Positions 53,489 to 62,807 of a stretch of 62,807 bases of DNA are shown here, piece by piece. Under the pieces are notes generated by a model. It worked only from the letters and a program-made list of their open reading frames with translations. It was not told the DNA's origin and made no database searches. This stretch comes from Rhina ancylostomus (lineage: Eukaryota): the NCBI GenBank assembly GCA_030265395.1, contig JARFYF010000046.1, positions 23,136,391 through 23,199,197 of the forward strand. The letters are read 5' to 3'. Made by a program: the position numbers and the translations under genes. Each line of letters starts with the position of its first letter. Positions within the stretch are counted from its first letter, which is position 1.

Positions 53489-53682
53489 GGCACAAGAGAC
53501 TGCAGATGCTGGAATCTGGAGCAACAATCAATCTGCTGGAGGAACTCAGCACGTCAAGCAGCATCCGTGAAGGAAAGGAATTATCAACAGTCCTGATGCA
53601 GGGTTTTGACCCTAAACGTTGACAATTCCTTTCTTCCCACAGATGCTGCTTGACCTACTGAGTTCCTCCAACAGATTGTTTG
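53489..53682. mobile_element. Fold-back Penelope pLTR-derived element with target-site duplication
   Basis: Inverted arms (aatctgctggaggaactcag.../...ctgagttcctccaacagatt); 16-bp direct flanks TTTCTTTTAAATCAGA and TTTCTTTTAATTCAGA (53473-53488 and 53683-53698). Confidence 0.7.
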
Positions 53683-54434
53683 TTTCTTTTAATTCAGAAG
53701 AGAGCCAAGTTCAGAAAATGTCAGTATTAATAATATAAATAACTCAGTCACACATTATATGCAGCACAGGTCAATAATGCTCAATTATGCAGCATGTTGA
53801 TTTATCAAGTGAAAATATCAGTAGGTAAAATATATGATTTCCTTCATATTCAAAAGCTGCTTTATAAACTCTCAAGTGAAGATGGAGACCGTCAAACCTT
53901 AAACTATTTGCTTTAAAATGGATTGCTTAATTTATTGAGAGCTAGAATGGGAGACTCATGATGAATCAGATTGTTGGGTTATTGACGCAGTCAAGAACAA
54001 ATTGAAAGTGACAATTTTTTTAGATATTTTCATTCATGCAAGGATACCTCTCATTCTAATCATTTATCTTCTATAAGCACTTTGCCATTCATACTCATCA
54101 ATCATTTGGAATATATAGCAAGAATAGCATAACAACATTAATCAATATAGCTCAGAAGAATTCATCCTGGAATAAAACAGAACACAGTATACATACTGGA
54201 ATGGAAATTTGTCCTTCAAGCTTCCCGATACCTGTCAGTAGATGAACCACACCTTTGTGACTCATATCAAAAGTAACAAAAATTTCTCAAAATAAGCCAC
54301 ACGTAAGTATTCCAAATTGTTAGCTGGTTTTACTTGGTAAAAAAGCAGTTAAGAATCTGGACAGAAGTAAGGTGGATCTGCTGAGATCCAAATTATTCAC
54401 CTACCCATCACCTCTTTAATTCTGTTGTCACTTA

Positions 54435-54612
54435 CCTACACCAGGAGTAATTCACTGTAGCCAATTAACCTACCAGTACATCTTTTGGTACATGGGAAGA
54501 AACCTGTACAGTTATAGGAAGAACATCCAAACTTGGATGATCCACAAAATCAGGAGCAAATCTGGATTGCTTAAGCTGCGAGGAAGCAGCACTAATTGTT
54601 GCGCCACTGTGC
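54435..54612 (-). mobile_element. HE1-like tRNA-derived SINE (decayed)
   Basis: Minus strand starts ggcacagtggcgcaacaattagtgctgcttcctcgcagc and carries the tail ggtaggttaattggc. Confidence 0.55.
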
Positions 54613-55139
54613 CACATACATCCTCTGAACCAAATAGCCTCTAAGCATTTTAAATACTACAATATTGTAGTACTTTTGACTTTTGTCATTGTGGTTCTAC
54701 TAAATTTTCTGAGTGCAGACAAAACAGAGCCATGTTGTGCATTTATAAAATATCAGTGTTAATTCACAAAAGTTCTTATATATTTGGCATTTACAAGCAA
54801 AATGGTGATTCAGAGTGTTATTGTCTTAACATTTAGAGCCACTGAATGAAGATAAAGGCAAATTTGCCTCCTGTTTTACTGAGGTCCTGATAAGAGCCAT
54901 ACTAAGTGGAAAGGTAACTGGGGAAGACTGAAGAGTGACGAAAAAAAAATCAGAGGGGAAGCCACATCTGGGCAGACACTTTTCTTTGATCTTCGTGACT
55001 AGATACAGGTTAACTGCTGTGGGTGCGGAGGTAGAACAGGAGACCTACTAATCTCAGCCAGGAGACATGTAGGGCAAGTAGTCATGAGGTGGAAATAATC
55101 GAAGTGTTGGTAAAATATTGAGAGCATTTAAATGCTTAC

Positions 55140-55274
55140 AGTTTTAGGTGCCACATAAGAACCAGATGGTACGCCTATTCCACCAGCAAGATCAAACAGG
55201 TCGCCTAAGCCGCCTCCCACTGTTGCATTCAAGGATGTCGGCATCACTGCTGGAGTCCCATAACCAGCACCAAT
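55140..55274 (-). CDS. AP1B1: AP-1 beta-1 hinge exon (135 bp)
   Basis: Encodes IGAGYGTPAVMPTSLNATVGGGLGDLFDLAGGIGVPSGSYVAPKT. CAG acceptor, GTAAGC donor. Confidence 0.93.
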
Positions 55275-55494
55275 CTGCATGGACAGCAACAGATAAGTTT
55301 CTCACACTTTGTTTCAAACATAGTAAAACTAATTATGTACTTGCTCCTATTTGTGTACAGTTTAAAAGAGAACATTATTTGATCAGTTCATAAACAGTGG
55401 TGCTTACAAGTAATTTAGACTGAATACACTGTGATACAAAAGCAAAAATCTAGTTATATAAAAAACATTTCAAGAGCAGTGGTTCTTTTTTCTA

Positions 55495-55830
55495 TTCCTA
55501 CAGGGAATGTGGACATGGCTTTTCTTGTTAATCCGTACTTTCCCCTGAACTGAGACAGTTAAGTGTAACCACATTGGTGGGTCTGGAGTTGCATACCAGC
55601 CAGACTGGGAAGGAACTGCAGATCTCCCTCTGAAGAACATCAATAAACCAGATGGATTTTTACAACTATCTGGCAGTTTCAGTTACCATTACCGAGACAA
55701 TTTTTATTTTAACTTCCAGATTCAGTTAACAGCTTAATCTATATTCCCCTGCTACCATGGTGGGATTCAAATTCATGTCTATGGATCAATGGCCTAGAAC
55801 TTTACCTATTGATTCTGTAACTTTACCATC
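55495..55830 (-). mobile_element. tRNA-head SINE-like repeat
   Basis: Homologous to 51985-52320 and 35860-36150. Confidence 0.65.
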
Positions 55831-56417
55831 ACAACACTCTCAGTTAGAGAACATTTTAAATATATTTCCAACAATATTGATGTATAAAGTTTACTGTTAG
55901 AAGAATAACATCACTAACTCTGTTGCAATGGGCAGATTAAATTGTGGGCTTTCTCATGCATTAAAAGCATATTGGTGCCACTTTATAACAAAAATAATCA
56001 CTCACATATTATATAAAAATGAGTAATTGCTTAAAATGAACGAGAACCACTGAGTAAGATGTCATGCTCTTTCTGCTGAAATGCAGTAGTGTGTAAATAT
56101 GTAACTATTCTGCAGTCATGAATGAATGATTGCATAAAATATGGTTCAGACTGGTTATTTTTGAAGTGAACGAGCACTGAAAGCCAGAAGTTTCAAGTGT
56201 TGAGGATTAAAGCTGGTGCAAATAAAGTTGAATTTTGAGTCAGCATATTGCACAGATGGAGAGTATGCCAATTTCAGCTGAGAGAGAAGCAAACAGCATT
56301 GCAATAGAATTTCCTTNNNNNNNNNNTTCCTTTTGTCTTTGAAAGATCAATGCAGCACCTACTTCTCTACCGACCACCCCCCCAGCCACCAATTTATGAA
56401 ACAGATATGCAACTTAC

Positions 56418-56447
56418 TGCTGGACTTCCACCTAGATCACCGCCAAG
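56418..56447 (-). CDS. AP1B1: 30-nt alternative microexon (LGGDLGGSPA)
   Basis: ag|CTT GGC GGT GAT CTA GGT GGA AGT CCA GCA|gtaagt, with a CTAAC branch point and polypyrimidine tract upstream. Resembles the AP2B1 hinge cassette LGSDLGGGIGGSPA (recalled). Confidence 0.85.
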
Positions 56448-56690
56448 CTTTAAAAAGGAACAAAAGTTAGGTTACAATTTAAAGATAGAAAAGTAAACTC
56501 TGAATATAAATATTAAAAATGTTAAGTTCAAATTTTATCCTTATAACAGCCAAAATGTTGATTTTGTTTTCCACCATTAAACTTAAATGATTGGGACTAG
56601 AGCAATTCAGATATTATAAAATTTATAAAACTATTAGCCTTCAGATTTACTTGAAAGCAAATATTAACACCCGAAAGGACAGAATCATAC

Positions 56691-56711
56691 CCCTTCAGTT
56701 TCATCGCCCAT
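56691..56711 (-). CDS. AP1B1: AP-1 beta-1 21-nt alternative microexon (MGDETEG)
   Basis: ag|ATG GGC GAT GAA ACT GAA GGG|gtatga. Matches the human AP1B1 cassette MGDEPEG (recalled) at the same position. Upstream region is UGC-rich. Confidence 0.88.
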
Positions 56712-57255
56712 CTCCAGACACGAATATGCAAAGACAGAGGCAATGCAAGGACATTCACATGCAAGCAGAAGTGGAGTGAAAAAAAGAGAACAGCATAAAT
56801 TTGAAGAAAGAAAACAGCATTATCAGAGTGTGTACATGAACTAGAGATACAGTATATCACTAAAAAGAGAATGTTAACTCAAAATTAACTAGATCCTCAT
56901 TATATCAGTGCATCAGTTAAATTGTTAAAGCAGCCTGATATCATAGAATAGATTAAAATCTGTTACTCATTTCAGATAAAGTAACACAAGAAAATGAGTG
57001 TTACACAAAATCGATTGAATAAAGTTTATTAATAAAATCTGAGTTTTCTAATCTCTTATACCAAAAATCTTGAGAAAACCTTGCTCAATTGGTGAAATTT
57101 AAAGCAAGTTATTCTGTTTTTAAGCCCTATACAAATATACATGCCAGCAATTCAGGGGGTAAAATTTAAAAGGGGGGAAAAACAAAATCTGACAAGCACA
57201 TTCACAAGTTCTAAATACATTTGACAATTGTAAAGCCTTTTAGCTCTTTGCCTAC

Positions 57256-57463
57256 CAAACTGTCCAATCCACCACCAAGAAGGTCCATAGCTCCCATCTG
57301 AACCGTTGAAGAGGGGATAGGAGGAACATTGACAGGGGGACCAAGGTCAAGATTCAATAGATCACCCAGAAGATCACCCTGGGATGGAATAACAGCAGGT
57401 TGTTGCTCAGTAGGCTGTGGTGCAGCTGAAGTAGCAACTTCAGGACTTTCGGTACTTTCATTT
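57256..57463 (-). CDS. AP1B1: AP-1 beta-1 hinge exon with clathrin box (208 bp)
   Basis: Encodes NESTESPEVA...QGDLLGDLLNLDLGPP...MDLLGGGLDSL, including the LLNLD clathrin box. TAG acceptor, GTAGGC donor; phase matches neighbours. Confidence 0.95.
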
Positions 57464-58307
57464 CTAAGGGAAGAGACAAAAATGCAGGTCATTTGAATTA
57501 AATATTGTACTGATTCTTTTAGCATAACTGGAGAGCAAAACAGTAACTGCTGTAACTTACATTTGTATAGCACTTCTCAAAGAGGAGAGATAGGGCAAAA
57601 TGAACAGATAATTTTGAATGCAAGGAAAAAAAATTGCCAAATCAGGGATATAAATGGTGGGGGTTTCAAAGGATGTAAATGTAGTGTGAGAGGAAATGAG
57701 GTCAAAACGTTGGGATTAATGATCCTTGGTGGCACCAAGTGTTCAACCTATTTCACAATTTTCTGATCTTAATCCAATTGTTTAAGAATGGCCAAATTCA
57801 ATAGAGGTCAGAGAAACCCTAAATAAATAAATAATGTGCAAGCTAACCTCCAGCATTTTCTCCAATCTGGCTCGATTAAGTAAAAGATTTGAGAATGTTT
57901 ACCGGCTTCATATTAGGGAAGTTCAAGGAACAAAGGGAAATGCAGAAACTGGAGAGGAAAATAAATTCCGGAAGAACTCAACAATGCAGTCTAAGCACTA
58001 TTATTCATCAATATTCCAGCTGAAGATCCTTTATGATCCCCAGGAAAATAAATGTGGAACTTTTGTGCATTAAATAGCGTTACTTCACAAGATAACGAGA
58101 GCTCAGAATGCTTTTCTTCATTGACAAGGTTCTATACATTACTAAGCTAAACTTGTATGGTTACTTGGGTGTATCTTCGACTTTAAAGATCTATCTTTTG
58201 AGAAACCAGGGACAAATACCCTTAAAGTGGCAGCTTATTTCTTGATTTTTCTTTTATGTTGGGTAGGTTGGAAAAGGTAAGGTAGTAGCTTTTATATTTT
58301 TACTTAC

Positions 58308-58567
58308 GATCCAGATCGTGGTGGTAGCCTCTTGTGTTGAACGCCTCTGCTGCCTTCCACAAATGCACTGGGTGGCTTATGGTATACAGAGGCCAGTGTT
58401 CCAATATGGCAAATTAACTCATCAAGGAGCGTTGGTTCAATAAGATCAGTTTCTTCTGAAATCAGAGGTTTTTCTGCTAATACAACTTCTTTTGCTGCCA
58501 CTGGATCTGTAGAGAGTAGACGCCAGTATATATAGCCACGGTCTCTCAAGTCAGGGTTGTCAGAATC
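58308..58567 (-). CDS. AP1B1: AP-1 beta-1 internal exon (260 bp)
   Basis: Encodes [72 protein letters not shown]...; CAG acceptor, GTAAGT donor. Confidence 0.97.
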
Positions 58568-59289
58568 CTGCAAAATTAGAAAGATACCCCATAAATTATT
58601 TTCAAGTTATTCTTGATAATAGTACACAATCATTTGCTATTGATGCCAACATCCAATTAGCAAACACTGAATAAAGAATGCAATCTAGAGAAATAACAAG
58701 TTACGGTTTTTGTCTAGCACAAAATGTTTACTAATTAAAACACTTCCCGTAAGGTCTGCAGCACAAACTAAAAGAGTAGTTTGTCCATGAATTCCATTAT
58801 AAAGCCTTCACAGCTTCTGTTATCCAACTTTAAGATGCTTTTGATGATTCTTCAAAGTACCATTCAAACCAACGGGTAGCTGTTGCTTTAGTTCATTCAT
58901 TGAGCTCTACTGACTCCTCCTTAAGAGGTGCCAGACTACAGTCGGAGCAACTGAAGTTAAAGAAGTATCTATCCTCTCATTAAGATTTGATTGGTCAGGA
59001 GTGGGGGGCAGCAATGCTGGTGCAAACCGATTTCTATCTTGTGGTATCACAGCAATCTGCTAATCAACAGTGTATGCATCCGACAATTTATTTCAACATA
59101 ATTTCATTGACACTGGCAAATTTCTTGTGGCACTATTCACACATTAGGTCAGCAATCATGTCAAAAGGAAGAAAGAATTTTGGAGTACCTAGGTAGATTA
59201 TAGTTGCAGAGAGATAAATTCAAGTTCTCCTTGAAGATGGTGCTATAACTTTTACTTTTAGGAATTGCTATGTTGCTTACTTATTTTAA

Positions 59290-59445
59290 GTAAAAAAAAA
59301 TTGATCAAGTACTTGGATATGAAAGGAGGAGGGAGAAAGAGGCCCAATGTAAGCAAATGGGATTAGCGCAAATAGACAGCATAGTTGGCATGGATGAAGT
59401 GGGCCATAAAGGCCTGTTTCTGTGCTGTATATTTCTATGACTATA
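59290..59445 (+). mobile_element. CR1 3' UTR fragment
   Basis: gcaaatgggattag...ggcctgtttctgtgctgtatatttctatgact, as at 19990-20080. Confidence 0.6.
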
Positions 59446-60118
59446 ACACTAAGAGTTAAAAATCTCTTGTAGCATGTGCAGATAGTTTTCAAATGAAAGT
59501 ATTTGGTATTTTGTGGCAAAAGTAAATATATAAAGAAATAACATTAAAATGTGCATCTTTCCCTTTAACTAAATATCAATGTAACAGACCTGGTTTCCAA
59601 AATGTTCAAGTCAATATGCTTACATTCAAAATTTTAGAAATAAGTGGAAGCAAAAGAAATGTGGTGGGTGCAGATATTTAGAGTAATGGCCAAACTTTCC
59701 CTGAGAAATGTCAGCAGATCATATGGAAGTCTTAAATTTCCTGATAAGCACTCACTGGCATCTTGCCAACTACACTCCATGGCTTGAAGCCTAGCATCCA
59801 TATGCCAAATTCCTGCAGTTCTCTCACACACGGGGGAAACTGCCCACTGAACATTCATAGGTTAGACCTGATGCAGGAAGAACTGTGATGGATCCAAGTA
59901 AAAGGCAACCTATGTCTTCTTAAATTGAGTTTACTGAAATATTTTTAATTATTTAAAAGCATTTTAATTACTTAGGTATCTTTAAGCATTTCTGTTATTT
60001 TTAGAAGTTTAAAAATAATGCAGTACTGCCTGTAATTTTATAGCAAGGTTATAATCTTTGGACTCGTGCACTTTCAGTTGTTTAACTTTCCAAACGTATG
60101 AAAACAATGTTATCGAAC

Positions 60119-60217
60119 CTGTGTTGCCAAGCTTAGAACTTGCTGCACCAGTTCTTGTGTCTCAGTTGGTTTTTTTAAGAATAGTTTCACAATAGCAGTC
60201 AAAAGCTGTAGTTGAAC
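60119..60217 (-). CDS. AP1B1: AP-1 beta-1 internal exon (99 bp)
   Basis: Encodes VQLQLLTAIVKLFLKKPTETQELVQQVLSLATQ. CAG acceptor; donor GTTCGA; phase 0/0. Confidence 0.96.
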
Positions 60218-61918
60218 CTGTTCCAAAAGATAAAAATGCCATTAAGTATCAAGAACTGCATTTTCCAATAACAAGCAATATTCAAAACAGCAAAGCCAAT
60301 TTTTTGGACACTTAAAATTGATAATCCTCTTTCAATGTCTAAACAACTTTTCATGCACAGAACAAGGTATTCCCAACACAGAAAATGTAAATATGAGTCA
60401 TCAACATTACCATCAAGTCCTTGGGAACTCTAATGATATTTTGCACATTTTAATAGGTGCACTTAAAATGGTTTCACTTGAAGGGGAATTTTGCTATTAC
60501 AGTAATGAAGGCACCACATTGGCAGAGAACTCTCTCAAGTATCCTTCTTGGGAAACAAAAAAATCGTCAAGCCAGATGTTGAACGATCGGGATTTCCAAA
60601 TAAGCAGATAGCAGATCATCAGTTTTATTGAATTTTTTCTCTTCCTTGATTTTATTTCCTTCAACAAAATTCCAAAATTGCAGATGATAAACTTATGGGT
60701 CAATAATTACTAGGTTAGGTCTGCGTTTCTTTATAAATGGATTTAGAGGCTGCTCTCTAGTCCTCTGAAAGAAACAATTTCCAGGCTTTTTCCTCCATTT
60801 TCTTCAGAATTATTGAATACCAACATATAATACTACATATAATCAATTCTATTAAACACTAACGTCTGTATCTTCCAAAGATTTTCACCTAAATTATGGA
60901 AAATCATACAGACACCATGGGAAATGAAGGAGCTTGCCAAACCACATCTGCATCAAGTGAATCTTTGGATGTAGTAACAGTATAAAGAACCATGTGCCTC
61001 AAAGAGTCAGGGGTTTAAATCAAATATTCTGGACGAGAATTCCCCTACACAGCATTTTCTGATAACTCTTCCTTATAATGCATATGAAACAGACATCCAA
61101 GAATTAGCTGCAAATGAAATTTAATTTAAAAGGGTACAGCAATCCAATTGATTTTTGGCAATTGATAAGACTCCTGGAAAACCTATTCTAGGAATTATCC
61201 CCCTCTCTACCCCCTGTACATTTCATAGTTTGCCAATATCTAACATCTTTGAAAAGGGATGATAACTCATGGAAGGATGCCAGAATGATTCAGCTACCCC
61301 ACCCTGCAGACAACTATTGATGGAAATTCCTATTGCCAAAGGAGATTGGCTATATTTTATGTGGGTGATTAGTCTAAGATACATGCATTCTAAGATGCAG
61401 CACAAAGTGTTACAGGTTCACTGTTACTGTGTGAAAAAAAGGTCGAATGCCAACAGAGTGTGATTGAGGACATGCAAGGCACCCACTCACACGTAGGCAT
61501 ATGAAAAAAAAAATCAGGGGATCAGTGAACTTTTAGGACAAGCCAGCAGCTTCATTTTAACGTTTATTAATAAAAATTTCAAATTTTCAATTGATATTAT
61601 GGGATTTTAATTTGCTTTCTCTTAGTAGTCTAGGTTTTAGACTGCAGGTCCATGAAATATCTCCATAGCACATTTTTCAAAAACATTCCAGAATTGTTAT
61701 TTCATTCTATTGCTTTCTTTTAATATTTCTATTCCATTCTATCGCAGTCTTTCAACTGCTCCATTGCCTTATGTATTTTTCCCATTCGTGGTATTTGCAT
61801 ATCTGTCATTGGAGCTTTACGATCTCATAAGAAGGTCTCAACAATAATCTTATCTTTGGTCTCTCAAGGATCATCTATTTAATTACTTTTTCTGGAAAAT
61901 TTAAGCTCTACTTCTTAC

Positions 61919-62084
61919 CTGTGTGCTTTCATCATGGAATCCTTCCAGGAAGCTCTCCAATAGCTCATCAGCATTGTCAATTCTTTCTGCATACTCTCCA
62001 ACTATCCATATCATTGCTGCTCTTGCTTCTGGTTCATCCAATGAGTCCAGATTTTCACAAAGTGTTGCAATAACACTTTCATAC
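61919..62084 (-). CDS. AP1B1: AP-1 complex subunit beta-1, internal exon (166 bp)
   Basis: Encodes [57 protein letters not shown] acceptor at 62085-62086; donor GTAAGA starting at 61918. Confidence 0.97.
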
Positions 62085-62294
62085 CTTAACAATAAACAAG
62101 AGATTAAGATGGCAACCATGAATAAGATTTTAACAGGGCTGATATACTGTATTTTGGGGATAATGGCTACTTTCGCAGAATAATTTTTAAATCAATGTAT
62201 TCAATGAACTATTGTAAATGTGGAGAAAGCTTAACTCTAGATTGAATTGGAGCAAAACTTCAGAAAATTTGATCCTCCATGTTTCAGTTAGGAC

Positions 62295-62675
62295 CATGAG
62301 ACATAGGAGCAGAATTAGGCCATTCGAGTCTGCTCCGCAATTCAATCATGGCTTTTTCCCTCTTAACCCCATTCTTCTGCCTTCTTCCCGTCATCTTTGA
62401 CACCCTTACTAATCAAGAACCTATCGACCTCTGCTTTAAATCTACCCAATGATTTTGTCTCCAGACCCGTCTGTGGCAATAAACTCCACAGATTCACCAC
62501 CCTCTGGCTAAAGAAATCCCTCCTCATCTCTGTCCTAAAGGGACATCCTTCCATTCTGAGGCTGTTCCCTCTGGTCCTAGACTCTCCCACTACTGGAGAC
62601 ATCCTCTCCATGTCCACTCTATCCAGGTCTTTCAATATTCGGTAGGTTTCAATGTGATCACCCTCATCCTTCTAT
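62295..62675 (-). mobile_element. CR1 LINE 3' fragment
   Basis: ORF 62363..62635: LDRVDMERMSPVVGESRTRGNSLR...FFSQRVVNLWSLLPQ...FKAEVDRFL. Confidence 0.85.
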
Positions 62676-62807
62676 GGGGCAGCACGGTAGTGTAGTGGTT
62701 AGCACAACGCTATTACAGCACCAGCAACCTGGGTTCGATTCCCGCTGCTGCCTGTAAGGAGTTTGTATGTTCTCCCGTGTCTGCGTGGGTTTCCTCCGGG
62801 TGCTCTG
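62676..62807 (+). mobile_element. tRNA-derived V-SINE (5' part, runs off the window)
   Basis: A-box-like TAGTGTAGTGG, B-box GGTTCGATTCC (62732-62742), then a V-domain ggagtttgtatgttctccc...gcgtgggtttcctccgggtgctc. Directly abuts the CR1 fragment. Confidence 0.8.

Larger units (their letters stand above)
40846..62084 (-). other. AP1B1: AP1B1 gene, 3' portion (5' exons lie beyond the right edge of the window)
   Basis: Eleven constitutive GT-AG exons join in frame into the beta-adaptin trunk end, hinge and appendage. The MGDxxEG and DLE microexons and the C-terminus ...QAYEIILKN indicate beta-1 rather than beta-2. Confidence 0.95.

Noticed and set aside
40846-62084. Calling the beta-adaptin AP2B1
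   Set aside because: The MGDxxEG and DLE microexons, [20 protein letters not shown] and the intronic SNORD125-like RNA all indicate AP1B1.
62676-62750. Possible tRNA gene (A and B boxes)
   Set aside because: No cloverleaf; it continues straight into a SINE V-domain.

Overview
Eukaryotic genomic DNA. The repeat content (V-SINE/HE1-like, DeuSINE, CR1, Rex/Babar and Penelope-like fragments) points to a cartilaginous fish, most likely a batoid; this is inferred from repeat families recalled from memory. It is a draft scaffold with many N gaps. Two minus-strand protein-coding genes are present. (1) The 3' half of AP1B1 (AP-1 adaptor beta-1 subunit), with constitutive coding exons from 62084 down to the stop at 40846 and three recognisable microexons (21 nt MGDETEG, 30 nt LGGDLGGSPA, 9 nt DLE). 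(2) A three-exon RASL10-family small GTPase (RASL10A by synteny), 22732..6632. One AP1B1 intron holds an intact box C/D snoRNA (51567-51646) that matches SNORD125 and has a guide to 18S rRNA. The rest is intronic or intergenic DNA rich in decayed retroelements, plus an unexplained CpG-rich regulatory-looking block at about 1-4400. I found no convincing wholly new biological system. The best leads are the conserved snoRNA, the microexon cluster (including one candidate new 24-nt microexon), fold-back Penelope-derived elements with hammerhead-like remnants, and a LINE/SINE pair sharing both ends. Exon coordinates were read to the base; repeat coordinates are approximate.
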